Source of the DNA: Octopus bimaculoides
Lineage: Eukaryota
Length of the DNA: 64,000 nt
Reading direction: 5' to 3'
NCBI RefSeq assembly: GCF_001194135.2
Contig: NC_068984.1
Coordinates: 76,345,131-76,409,130 of the forward strand
Positions 48,717 to 61,515 of the stretch are shown piece after piece; position 1 is the first letter of the stretch, and each line of letters opens with the position of its first letter. The translations under genes and the position numbers were made by a program. The notes below the pieces were generated by a model. The model had not been told where the DNA came from and did no database searches. It saw nothing but the letters and a program-made list of their open reading frames with translations.

Positions 48717-49071
48717 GCTACATTGGCGTGTGATCTACAACTTCAAGGGCGATTACTTTAAGTTAGTTTTTAATTACTTTACATTGCAAAACTTCGGCTA
48801 CCAAACTTATATGATCTACGCGCCTATTTTAATTATTATATTGTTTATTCTCGGTTTCTTATTTACTAAGGCATAAATGAGACATGGTTTTATTATAAAT
48901 AAAATAGTAAGAATTTTAAAAAAATACATTTACAATGCTAAGTATGTACAAAAGAATTTATTGTAAAAAGTCTGTAGCCAAAATGTAAAGTCATTTTAGA
49001 AATTGAAAAGTATACTAAAAAGTAACCTAAAGTAATTGCCCTTTAGGTTGTGGATCACACGCCAAAGTAGC
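48717..49071. mobile_element. fold-back MITE with ~50-bp imperfect TIRs
   Basis: GCTACATTGGCGTGTGATCTACAACTTCAAGGGCGATTACTTTAAGTTAGT versus the reverse complement of 49021-49071, GCTACTTTGGCGTGTGATCCACAACCTAAAGGGCAATTACTTTAGGTTACT. Confidence 0.85.
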
Positions 49072-50846
49072 ATCGGACTATGTGTAACAAATACTTCCAC
49101 TAACTATAAACAATTAAATTACCAAACGAGTGAGCTTCCGTGGGAGTCGTTAGATCTTTTAGAAATAGAAGCCAAATCTTCCTCAAATCATGCTTTACCG
49201 CTCTGAAAAAGTAAAGATAGATTGATTAACGCGTTTATATATCAGAATGACACGCAAAAGCTGGTTGTCACTTCAAATTCGAATGAGAGATAGCTTCTGT
49301 CCTGGCTGTACACCTCTAAAAATAAATCTACCCACTTCTGGACGACAGTGGTGGTGACAACGTGTTGCTGTTAATTTATAACGTAAATTTTGCCTTCACA
49401 TTTTAATCATTCAAGTAGAACACTAACTATATTTACTTCATCTACATGAAGTAAATATAGTTAGCGAAAGTTGGAAGTTTCTTTCAGTGTTAATTCAGTG
49501 CACCATTTCTCAAAACTCGCTGGACATTGCCGCCACTAACTAACCAATGGTTACTATCAACAATTTTTTCCGTAGTTGTAAGTATTCAGACGAATTCATA
49601 GTATACCTATATTAGCACTTAATACTCCATACTAATTCTCACTGTCCCCCACACCGTATTGCAGCAAGCTCAAATTTAGGAATGACAATCTTCCACCAAT
49701 TTGCAAGTCAATGAGTGGTAGCAGCAAAGAGGTTCGACAGGAAATAAGAGAATGACAAATGAAAGGATGGTAAATGACGCTGAACTATAGTAAAAAGGTT
49801 GAATCAGTATTTCCGTGATTACAATAACTTAGAGGACGATCGAACTAGCAACTGTTAATTTACTGCCCATTTCGACGAAAAAAAAAAAAAACTTTCGATA
49901 TTGTGTGTTGAAGTTATTTCCCTTTAGATAGTGTCGAGTGTTAATAGTTATCTCCCTTCTATCAACTATGTGGAACCTGATGGAACGAACAAACCGATGG
50001 TTTATATTATTTTTACATTCAATTCCAAAGAAAAGGAAGATTCCAGATGCGATATTCATGCTTTGTCACTTAATCATGAAATTTAACTACATTTTCTTAC
50101 ATGATAATTGATATTTATTTTTTTATCGATTACGTTGTAACTTAAGGACTAAGTTGAGTTTGATACATTTGAATTAATATGAATTATAAGTAACTACCAT
50201 TTCCGTGTCGTCAAAATTGCCAATTTTATCAATGATAGAAAATGGCACATCAACACAATGGGAAAAAACCCATTAAAAAATGTCAGCAATCTAGTAAATA
50301 TATGCACATACAAAGAAATGAAGTACTTTAAAAAAATCAGATACGATTGTAACGTCTCGGCTGAAAACTTCGTCCACATGTATATATGTGCATATACACA
50401 CAAACACATACATATATGTACATATACATACATATATATATATATATATATGTTAAAGAGGGCAACAAACGCTAAGGCAAGACAAACATCTCAAGTCTTG
50501 CCTTAGTGTTTGTTGTCCTCTTTAACAAATATATACCCATCTACAATGGTTCCATAAGTCCCATCTCTGCTATGAGCTTGAAACCCTGGTAATTTGTTAC
50601 AGCAGTTACCCAGTGCAGCTAGTCGTTTAGATCACCTGTGAACTAAACCCCCATATTTTGTATGTATATATAAATATACATATATATATATATATATCTG
50701 TAAATATAATATGTAACAATTATTTGGTAGCCATCACAAAACTCCAAGCTTTAGATGTCAGGGCGGAAACCCATGCTGACATCTCTTCAGTTATCGGGCC
50801 ATCAAAAAAATGCATTTCATTCTTTTTGTTGTCTTACCATTTCTAT

Positions 50847-50892
<46 letters not shown>

Positions 50893-50962
50893 GCATTGGT
50901 ATTGAAACGTTACTGTACTAATTATCTTTAATAAAAAATAATTTATTTACCTAAGTTTTAAC

Positions 50963-51281
50963 ATCATCTTCGAAATAGTGCACAGCGATACACTGGTACC
51001 AACATTCCTCCCGCTTTTAGAATCCGGTCTGGAAGTCATTTTCCGTTAGTGAGTCGCTTGTGATCTGTGATTCACTTTTGATCTCGACAATAGTGTTAAA
51101 ATGGCGACCTTTGAGCTGTCCACAGGCATTAAATCTGACGAATATAGCAGGTGCGGAAGCGATGCCATGTTGTTTTTGGTGAGAAACTCATGAGTGAAGA
51201 CAGCTTGATGACAGGGTGCACTGTTGTCATGAAGAATCTAATTCTTCGTGCCCCACAGGTCCAATCACTTTTGCCGAATGT
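50963..51281 (-). mobile_element. mariner transposase C-terminal fragment, degraded
   Basis: minus strand LKGRHFNTIVEIKSES...LTENDFQTGF*KREECWYQCIAVHYFEDD, a typical mariner C-terminus. Confidence 0.75.
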
Positions 51282-51354
51282 CCAGTTGCTTTAAAAATTA
51301 ATGCAATATTTTGAGCATTTCTTGTGAATATTACATTAAGGATTTCTTTTCATT

Positions 51355-51376
51355 AATAATGATAATGATGATGATA

Positions 51377-51412
<36 letters not shown>

Positions 51413-51430
51413 AATAATAATAATAATAAT
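51355..51430. repeat. (GAT)n-(ATT)n-(AAT)n tract with an internal strand switch
   Basis: TTATTATTATTA|ATAATAATAA forms an inverted junction. Confidence 0.85.
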
Positions 51431-52030
51431 GCCCTGATGCAGTACAAGGTAGTGGCTTTCATGGCTTCTGACCTTAACTGATTGGAAGTGTTATCATGTA
51501 CATTGTTTTGTCTTGGTGTAAAAGATTGGCTACAGCAAATATCCTGCTCAATACCACAGATTTGCTTGTCAGTTGTTTGACAAGTTGAGCATGTCTCTTA
51601 GTGGCTGACAATATGTGCATTTCTGATCGTGCGCAGAAGTAGTGGGGTAGCATCATAGCCATGTGTTGAAAGGATAATTCACCTCTGGAAACATGGGTGT
51701 TTTGTTCAACACCCTTAAACAACCTATATTCAGGGACGTTTTGAGTGGGATGGGCTAATCGACCTGTAGAAAATTCTAACTGGGCCCCACCTGCAAGGTC
51801 ATGTGCTGTTTATCTTATGAGATCACCGTGTCGCGCACATATGGTTATGATGCATGTGCCTGGTGTACCCTTTATATCCCCACTATATCAGAAATCTACA
51901 ATGGTTCCATAAGTCCCATCTCAGTTATCAGCTTGAAGCCCAGTTATGAGCTTGAAGACTTATGGAACCGTCTACAATGGTTCCATAAGTCCCATCTCAG
52001 TTATGAGCTTAAATCAAGCATGCACTGCAT
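51430..52030. mobile_element. interspersed repeat (family E, probably a minus-strand SINE) with a rearranged patch at 51870-52015
   Basis: GC-richer than its flanks and starts at an (AAT)n tail; family identity is from recollection of octopus repeats, with no second copy in the window. Confidence 0.5.
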
Positions 52031-52271
52031 ACAATTCGCTTTTTGAGTACGGCAACCAGTTTCCTGTAGTACAATAAAGATATGAGACAACTGGACGATA
52101 CTAAATTTCTCAGGTTTCGTATCAGTGTATCCTATCTTTTAGTCCTTCCTAAAACAAAAGGATCCACAAGACAGAATGGGTTTTAATTCCTAGTTTTTTG
52201 TCTTCAAGATTGTTTCCAATAACACCACATCTAAGGAACCATGTTTACTTCTTTTGTAGATAATTGTTCTG

Positions 52272-52700
52272 AGAGATGGCTGTGTGGTGAGAAGTTTGCT
52301 TTGCAACATCATTCTGGGTTCAGTCCCACTGCATGGAATCTTTGCAAAGTATTTTCTACTATAGCTCTAGGCCAACCAAAGCCAGTTGAGTAGATTTGGT
52401 AGATAGAAACTAAAAGAAGGTCATCATGTATGTTTGTGTGTATGTCTGTATGTGTGTGTGTGTCTGTATGTGTGTGTGTCTGTATGTGTGTGTGTCTTTG
52501 TCCCCTTCCACTGCTTGACAACTAGTGTTGGTTTGATTACACTCCTATAACTTAGTGGTCTGACAAAAGAAACTGATATAATAAGTACCAGGCTTAAAAA
52601 AATAAAAGTACTATGGTCAATTTGTCCGACTAAAACCCTTCAAGGCAGTGTTCCAGCATGGCAACAGTCTAATGATTGAAACAAGAGAAAGAAAAAAATA
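52272..52700 (+). mobile_element. SINE family A, full length
   Basis: GATGGCTGTGTGGTGAGAAG...GATTGAAACAAGAGAAAG. Confidence 0.85.
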
Positions 52701-52815
52701 ATAACTACCATGTCTAAGAAGGCACATTTGCCCCTTTTCTAGGTAAAAGTTATGACAGGAACTAGGATTCTATCACACCCTAATTAGTCTTAGTGTGCTC
52801 ATTCACAATCTTGAG

Positions 52816-53025
52816 TAAGGTGGCAAGCTGGTAGAAAGATTAGCACACCAGGCGAAATGCTTAGCAATATTTCTTCTGTCTTTACATTCTGAGTTCAAAT
52901 TCCACCGAAGTCAGCTTTGCTTTTCATCCTTTCGGGGTTGATAAATTAAGTACCAGTTGGGGTCAATCTAATTGACTGGCCCCCTCCCAAAACATTTCGT
53001 GCTTTGTGCCCAGAGTAGAAAAGAT
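52816..53025 (+). mobile_element. SINE family B
   Basis: AAGGTGGCAAGCTGGTAGAAAG...TTTGTGCCCAGAGTAGAAAAG. Confidence 0.85.
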
Positions 53026-54289
53026 TCACAATCATGAATATTTCAATATCATTGTATATTATTGATAGATAGCCATCAACTCTATGTTGGATTCATCCCA
53101 AATGAAGAAGGATGGTGCACTGAATTGAAATTGGTTTGTAGACATAAGGCAGTCTGTTTCAATGTCCTTATACAACATTAGTAGAATTCTAGGGGTGTCA
53201 AGAAGTTTTGGAGCATGATAATTTTGTACTGTTTTCAGATGGTTGTATTAATGATACTCAGAGGTTTGTGGCTTGTTCTAGTTGGAACAACCTTATTCAA
53301 AAAATAGGTTGCCCTGATAAATAAATCACTTTTAATAGTGATCATAGATCTACATAGGGTTGAGATAAAACAAACATTGATTGTTGTTGTTTAGCCCTAG
53401 GTCAACCTTGATAAAACAGACATTCCAGCCACTGTTATCACCCCCACCATTTTTAGGCATGGTGTATCTAAGACTACATTTTGCAATGTGTCCTTTTTTT
53501 AAGGTATTGGAGTATGGATTGAAGAAGATTTTGGTTGTCATTTCTAACAAACTGAGTGACTGCATAGAAGCTCTTTTGTTGGGTTGTATTTATTTGGTTA
53601 TTCTCAGCTGGTGGTTGGTAATTTAACAATGAGCATGTGGCATAAATTATGTCATACAGCAAAAGGGATTAATTCTGCATAGAAAAGAATACTTAGTGCA
53701 GCTGTGATATTGGGATTAAAATCGTAAAAGAAAGAAAGAGAGAGAGAGTGTGCTGTGCTTGGTGATTGTGAGATTGTAATTTCAATGTGCTAATATCTAA
53801 GAGCTTATTCCTGCTGTCATATAGTGGTAAGCTCCTAGAAAGCTGAGTTTGTGATACAGCTTCAGTTCTAGACTAAACCAATATCTCTCTCTCTCTCTCT
53901 CTCACTTTTTCTTGTCTCTTGTCCAAATTATTAACAAGTCTCACAATGTCTTTCTCTCATTCCTTGGGAAGTGTCACAAGCGAAAACAGAGTCAAACTTT
54001 GGTAACCTGATGTTGCTTTATATCTTTTAATCTCGTCTGCTCTTAGATTGGTTTTTAACATTGTTGCAAGATAATGTGATTTTGTGGGAAAATCATCCTA
54101 ATTACTTATCTAGTACTAATTACATAGATTAAAGAAAAAAGAAAAATAAGGCAAATTCAGTTACAGTGTGAGTTGAACTCAGCTGTAAGATTAAAATTGG
54201 CATAGGTATGGTCTTATTAATAATTCTGCTTTTGAAATTATATGGTTTTGGATTCAATTCCTCTGCATGATATCTTGAGCAAGTGTCTT

Positions 54290-54586
54290 ATTTATTTTTT
54301 TTATCTTTCTCTTGTTTCAATCATTAGACTGTTGCCATGCTGGAGCACTGCCTTGAAGAGTTTTAATCGGACAAATTGACCACAGTACTTTTATTTTTTT
54401 TAAGCCTGGTACTTATTATATCAGAGGGGTGTAAACAAACCAACACCGGTTGTCAAGCAGTGGAAGGGGACAAAGACACACACATATACAAACACACACA
54501 CATACAGACACACACACATACAGACATAAACACAAACATACATGATGGCCTTCTTTTAGTTTCTATCTACCAAATGTATGAAGTTT
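54290..54586 (-). repeat. inverted duplicate of 52395-52700
   Basis: shares private variants with the 52 kb copy (GATAGAAACTAAAAGAAGG, ATTTGTCCGA, GGCAACAGTCTAATGATTGAAACAAGAGAAAG). Confidence 0.8.
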
Positions 54587-54811
54587 GGTAGATGGAAACT
54601 GGATGGGAGTCTGCAGGAGGGACCATTCCTGGTTTCTGGGTGGTAAACTTATCTGTTTTCTCCATTTACTATTGCCATCTGACACTTAGCTGAGTTCACT
54701 CTGCTGCAAGAATAATGCAGGCCAAGTCTTCAGTTTGAGATTTATTTCCACCAACCACTCTCAGTGACTCTGAAAAGTATCACAGACACCACCAGGCCTA
54801 CACAACTATGA

Positions 54812-55808
54812 ATTTTCTTCCTCGATGCTCCTGGAGGGACAGGAAAAACATTTCTTACAAAGCTTCTCCCTGCAGAAGTTAGGCAGCATCAGGACATTGC
54901 AGTAGCTGTAGCCTCCTCTGGGATTGCAGCTACTTTGTTACCCGGCAGCAGGACAGCACACTCGACTTTTAAACTCCCTCTCAATTTAGCAACATCCGAC
55001 ATGCCTTCATGCAACATCAACAAAAGCTCAGATCAGGGGCAGGTACTTCAAAGGTGTCATCTAATTGTCTGGGATGAGTGCACCATGGCTCACAAGGGAG
55101 CTTTGGAAGCACTAGATAGAGACCTGAGAGACATCCGAGACTGTCAGGCTCCAATTGGAGGTGTAACGCTTCTGCTGTCAGGTAATTTCAGGAAAACTCT
55201 TCCTGTCATTCCAAAAGGCACTAGAGCAGATGAGGTCCATGCATGCCTAAAGTCCTCAACCTTGTGGTATCATGTTACCATCCTCAGTCTTACCACTAAC
55301 ATGGGAGCTCAGCTGCACAGCGACCAAATGTCCACAAAATTTGCACAAGACATTTTGACACTTGGTGATGGCAAGGTGCCTCTCGACGCTGCAGGACAAA
55401 TGGAAGTGTGACCATTTTCCTCTGTTGTTAATTCTGTAGATTACCTCAAACACAAAGTCTTTCCCAGCTTCACAGAAAACAACAAAATCACAATTGGCCC
55501 TCAATAGGGGATGGGTGTCTTAACTTCCACATTTTAGAGCTCCATGACTTCCATTTTTCAGGAGCAAAATCCTTTTAACAGGTTCCATAAGACTGGAATT
55601 TTGGAATCTGTGCATAAAGATCAGTAGTATGGGATACATGTGTCATAATTAGAATTTTTTTACAGTATGTAAAGAGAGAAAGAACCCTCATCTGCAATTT
55701 TGATGAAATTCGAATCATAGGTATTCCAGTTCATTACAGAAAATATAACAGAAAAGTCTAATTCTTCCTATTGCATGTAACATGGGCAATGCCGGGTATC
55801 TCTGCTAG
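54812..55808 (+). mobile_element. Helitron remnant: PIF1-type helicase fragment plus 3' terminus
   Basis: open frame 54812-55411: FFLDAPGGTGKTF (Walker A), SSGIAATLLPGSRTAHSTFKLP, IVWDE (Walker B), LSGNFRKTLPVI; frameshifted continuation NSVDYLKHKVFP; end GGGCAATGCCGGGTATCTCTGCTAG (55808). Confidence 0.9.
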
Positions 55809-56379
55809 TGTTTTTATAAAATAATGATTCAGCAAAAGTTACTATAACAGTACAAGTATGTTTTAATGGCCACAATGGCTACAAACTGCTTCACTGTCAA
55901 TATGATTTCAGATCAATTTACTTGCCAAACTGTACAGCTTGCACACACACACACACACACACAGCGGGAGAGTTCAGATGCAGTGATTAAAAAAAAAGTG
56001 TTTGTACTTAGTGTTTAATCAAGATTTCTATCAAGACAACATGGATTTGAATTGTTAGTATCATAAACCATGAGAGTTCATTCTCCTTTGAGTTGTAGAA
56101 TTAGTCTTAGTAACCTTGCAGATGTTGAAGATGAAGTATCTTCAGAATTGTAAAAGAAGACTACTTTGTAGTGAGTTCTTGTTATCAGGCATTACATTTA
56201 TTATTTGCTAATTGCTGCAGTATTGAGCTGTGCTCGTTCCATAACACTTATTAACAGACAAAGTGAACGGGCTGTCAGGGATTATGTATGTTGTGTACAC
56301 TGTGCAGTGTCAATGGAGAATTAAAGGTCATTGACCTTCAGACAAGCAGTTTGATCAATGCTCCATCAGTTTATTTATC

Positions 56380-56702
56380 TGCATGTAGCTTAGTGTTTAG
56401 GATATTTGGCTTCTGATCATAAAGTAGTGAGACTGATTTCCGCTAGTGTGCCATATCCTTTAGCAAGACACTTCATTTCACGTTGCTCCAGTCCACTCAG
56501 CTGGCAAAAATGAGTCATACTCATAATTCAAAGGGCCACCCTTGTCACATTCTGTGTCATGCTGAATCTACCTGAGAACTATGTTAAGGGTATGTGTGTC
56601 TGTGGAGTGCTCAGCCACTTGCACATTAATTTTACAAGAAAGCTGTTCCATTGATCAGATCAACTGGAACCCTCATCGTTGTAAAAGATGGAGTGCCAGT
56701 TT
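56380..56702 (+). mobile_element. SINE family C, diverged
   Basis: GTGGAGTGCTCAGCCACTTGCAC...GATCAACTGGAACCCTC...GGAGTGCCA, reverse complement of the body at 14499-14680. Confidence 0.75.
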
Positions 56703-59451
56703 TTTTGATTAATCTATATCTAGAACAATGCAATAAACCTAATTCTTCAGATGTATTTTTTAAATATCCCTAATGCCACACTATGGATACAATTAAAGTT
56801 ATAATTTTCCAGACAATTAACCTTCATATTTACAGAGTTTATTTACATCAATGCTGTTTCAATCACTTAAATCTCTGGTTTCAGATGTATTTCTGTTACC
56901 TACTTCAAGACTGGATTTTCACTAGGAACCTTACGAAATTCATAATTTACCAATAAAAGTTTCTAGTTTAAATCCAGGTAAGAACTCTGTACAGATCCAA
57001 GAATAAGATATCTGATGATAATTGACGAGCAAAGTGATCAAAGCACAAAATATATATCAAAATGTATTCTGAAAATGAAGTTGATATGAGAAGTTATAAT
57101 CTTATTGATAGAGCAAGCTTTCTTAATAAAATGGTCATACTGGACAGTGTAATCTTAGAAAAACAAACAAGAAAAAGCAATGGTCATGGTTGGAAGACAT
57201 TTGATCATACATCTGCTTGCTTAGGGCTGATCTAAGGTTAATCACCAACAATCTAATATGAAGGTGTATTGAGTACTTATACTTTCTGTCCTATAAAATA
57301 AAGGTATTCACACGTGTTTAGGCCATTACATTCTCTCTCTTTCATATACACATTTGAAAGTATAGTTATCAACATAAAACCACTCTCAAAGGACTTAAGA
57401 TGGAGTTAGAGTTCAAAAATATTATTATGTATTAAATTTAAATAAATGTGATTTGCCATAGATAGCAATATATTTTACTCTATGAACTTTTCAAGTGTAT
57501 TTATTTGAAAAGCTTGAATAAAATGAAACACGGCCATTTGTAATGAATCACATTTATTTTAATATGATACATATCATCATTTAATGTTCATTTTCCATGC
57601 TGGTATAAATTGGAAGATTGGATAGGTGCTGGTGAGTCCCAGGACTGTATCAGCTTGGCATGGTTTCTATTGATGGATGTCCTTCCTAATGACAACCACT
57701 TTACCGTGTGTGCTAGATGCACTAGGAAGGTTGCCAAATAACTTGAAAGCCAAGAAAAGAATAGGAAAAAGGATAAAAGTCCTTTTGACAAGTATTTGAG
57801 AGTGGGGGTAGGCCAGTAGTTTTATGCCAGGTGTTGAGAGGCTAAAGTATGACAGAAGGACAAGCATAGGTGTCTTGCTATAGAGGAGATGAAACAAGGT
57901 TACCCTGCATTTTATAAGAGTGGGCAAGAGTAGCTGGAAAGACGGTAGAGATAGTGGTAATGAGATGTCAGACTATCTCAACATGTATTTATACATACAC
58001 ACAAACACACATGCATATAAAATACACCACACATACACACACGTTTATGGATAATTATACAGTTTTTATCTTGAACTTTATTACATTTCAATTTCTTCAA
58101 CTTTATTAACATGTAGGTTAAGTGAAGTATCAGAAGGCACTCTATATTGCAAGAGTTACTGAAGAGAGAGAAAAAAACCCCCAAAATTTTACCTGAGCTT
58201 CAGAGGGCAACATTCAGTTAAAATGGTGTTGATACATCAAATACCTCAACAATATAATGTTTTAGCTTTACTGCAAAGTTTTGAGGCAGTCGATACCTTT
58301 CATTTGCAATGTTTTGTTCATAATTTAGCATTAATAACAGAAAAAAAGAAATCTCTTTGTTTCTTATGCAATTAGACTCCAATAAGAAATTAATACAAAT
58401 TATTTCCAGTTATGTAAGCATGAACAAATTGTGTTCTCATTGAAAATAAAATGCTAATAGTAATAATGATAATTTCTTTCTTCTATAGGCATTTGGTGGT
58501 GGTGGTGGTAACATGGTTAGTTGATTACATCTCATACTTATTTTATTGACCCTCCAGGATTTGAAAAAATAATGCAAAGCAGTTTATCTGACACTAATGA
58601 TTCTGACAGTTTACTGCCTTCCACTACAATTAATGCTAACAGTTTCTTAGGTGCAAAGCTAGCAAATTTGATGGGGGGATGGTTTAGTCAAATATATTAA
58701 AACCAGCATTTGAGTGGTACTAGTTTTATTGATGATGAAAGGTAAAACTGGCCTTAGTGGCACTTGAACATAAAATGTAAAGAGACTCAACTAATACAGC
58801 AAGTCATTTTGTCCAAAACTAAGCTCTAATAGTAATACTTTCTTATATAAGTACACAACCATAAATTCTGGGGTAGGAGGCACTCGATTAAATTCATTCC
58901 AGTACTCACTGCACCTTATTTTATCAACCTTAGAAGGAAAATTAAAATACCAGACAATAAATAATAAATATAAGCAGATAATATAAACTGATTAGTGATG
59001 ATGGCTACTTCACACATTAGTCCTGATACATAGAATAATAGCTGCACATACAAAGCAGAAATATTATAAAGTAAACTTTTTTGAAAAAAAAAAAAAAAAA
59101 AAGAAAATTTTTTTTAGAAGATTGAGTTTATTGAAGAAAAAATATTAAAAAATACCAGCAAAGTCTTATGTTTGGTTTTCATAGAAGGAGTTGCAATATA
59201 GGAAGTACAGCTAGTATCATAGCAGAAATTTTGACATCTGTATGCATTCTAAGTCTTGGAGGGAAATAATTCATTAGGATGATGAAATAAGTTGGAAAAA
59301 AAAAAAGCATTATCAGAACAGTAGTGTCAGGATTTTGTGACTTTGCTTTGCTGGGTCGTTGGAGGTGTCTTGTCACAAGCCCAAATTGTTTTGCAAGGAA
59401 CAGATCAAGCCAAACAGACTGACTTCAATATATGGGCTATATCAGGATAGT

Positions 59452-60560
59452 GAGCTGGTAGAATAGTTAGCACGCTGGACAAAATATTTAGTAGCATTTC
59501 TTCTGGCTTTAGCTTCTGAGTTCAAATTCCACTGAGGCTCACTTTACTATTGATCCTTTTGGAGTTGATAAAATAAATTACCAGCTGAGCAGGATTGGAC
59601 TCATCAAAATAATTATATACTGCAATACATATGATCTGGTGTGCCATCATTTTATCTTATTTACAGCCCTCCCATAATACTAACTGCTTTTAAAATAGGC
59701 ATAAGGCCAGAAAATTGTGAGAGAGGTTGGTTGATTAAACTAACCCAATACTCTGCTGGTATTTTATTTTACCAACCCTGGAGAGATGAAAGGTAAAGTT
59801 GATCTTCGCAGGATATGAATTCAGAATGTAAAAAGCTGAAACAAGTAGTTCTAAGCATTTTTATGATGCTCAAACAATTCTGCCAATCCAGTGACATTAT
59901 TAATTATTTAGGCACAAGGCCAGCAATTTTGAAGGGAGGTGTTTGGTAATAATAAATATAGTTTCATTTATATTATATAAGGCAGCATATTGGCAGAACC
60001 ATTAGCATGCTGGGTAAAATGCTTAGTGGCGCTTTGTCCATTTTTACGTTCTGAGTTCAAATTCTGCTGAGCTTGACTTTGTTTTCATCCTTTCAGGGTC
60101 AATAAATTAAGTACCAGTTGAATAATGGGGTCAATGTAACTGACTTACACACTCCCCCGTAATTGCTGGTCTTGTGCCAAAATTTGAGACCAATAATATT
60201 TGTATTATTATATTGATAGTGATAATAAATATAATAATGGTTTTTAATTAAGGCACAAAGTCAGTGGTTTTGGGATGAGGAGGACTAGTCAGTAATAGTG
60301 AATGTAGCACTTGACTGGGTACTTTATCTTTGCTGACCCTGAGAGGAAGAATGGCTAAGTTGACCTCAGCAGGATTTGCACTTAGAATGTAAGACATGGA
60401 AGAAATATATACCATGAGACATTTTTTTCTAAAGCTCTAATGATTCTGTCAATCCACATAAATTCCAATTAGTAGAACAGATGATAAAAATCAACCTCAG
60501 CAGGATTGAACTCAGAATGTATGCTGCAAGATATTTTGTCTGACATTCTAATCCTTCTGC
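59452..60560. mobile_element. cluster of SINE family B copies in both orientations
   Basis: + at 59452-59590 and 59980-60190; - at 59690-59890, 60255-60420 and 60430-60560. Confidence 0.7.
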
Positions 60561-60969
60561 CATTGTTCCACAAAACATTTTCAATATAGCGGTTAATAGA
60601 CACAAAGCAATGTAACAAAGAAGAAATATATAAGAAACAAACCAATGAAGTAGAAGGGCTCTGAGTGAATTCCCCACTAAATTATAGAAAAATATCACAT
60701 TGATGGAATACAGAAAAAAAAAACATCACAGGAATCACTGCCTTCTTTAAGAATATAAAATTTATTTATTCCAGCACACATGTGCAAAATGTAACAGATG
60801 TAGATACATACACACACACGCTATACAAGAGTCATTGTAATGTTTCATAGAAAAGCAGATAGTGAACAGATTACAATGATGATCACCACCCATCAGTTGA
60901 CATAAAATAATTGACATCCACGATGTATCAATGAATATCTGTACTTACACATCCACATCCATGTATACT

Positions 60970-61330
60970 CTTTTACTTCTTTCAGTCATTTGACTGCAGC
61001 CATGCTGGAGCATCGCCTTTAGTTGAACAAATCAACCCTAAGACTTATTTTTTGTAAGCCTAGTACTTATTTTATCAGACTCTTTTTGCTGAACTGCTAA
61101 TTTACAGGGACATAAACACACCAACATCAGTTGCCAAGTGATGGTAGGAGGAAAACACAGACACACAAATATATATATATACGACAGGTTTCTTTCAGTT
61201 TCCATCTACCAAGTCCACTCACAAGGCTTTGGTCAGTCCGAGGCTATAGTAGAAGACACTTGCCTAAGGTGCCACACAGTGGGACTGAACCCAGAACCAT
61301 GTGGTTGGGAAGCAAGCTTCTTACCACACA
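60970..61330 (-). mobile_element. SINE family A, full length; a more diverged copy lies at 61768-62162
   Basis: same layout as 8921-9358. Confidence 0.85.
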
Positions 61331-61512
61331 TATTTTTATTTCTATTATTATTTAGAAGAAGCAACAGAGTGACTCAAGGGCCAAGAGTTTTATGCATGAA
61401 ACGTTCAGTCCTTGACTACCTCTGTTGATTCTGTTAAATATTATTAATATATATACATATGTATATATTTATATATGTGTGTGTGTCTGTGTATTTCATA
61501 TATTTATATATA

Positions 61513-61515
<3 letters not shown>

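Noticed and set aside
54812-55411. Cellular PIF1 helicase gene
   Set aside because: Intronless, truncated and frameshifted, with motif variants typical of Helitron RepHel and a hairpin-CTAG end 400 bp downstream.
53239-56285. Possible exons of a second + strand gene (53239-53307 DGCINDTQRFVACSSWNNLIQKI; 56221-56285 LSCARSITLINRQSERAVRDY)
   Set aside because: Isolated, with a weak donor for the first, no recognisable protein and no extendable chain of exons.
57978-58330. Minus-strand exon candidates (acceptor near 58160, donor near 58190)
   Set aside because: The implied intron is under 50 nt, the frames contain stops and no homology was recognised.
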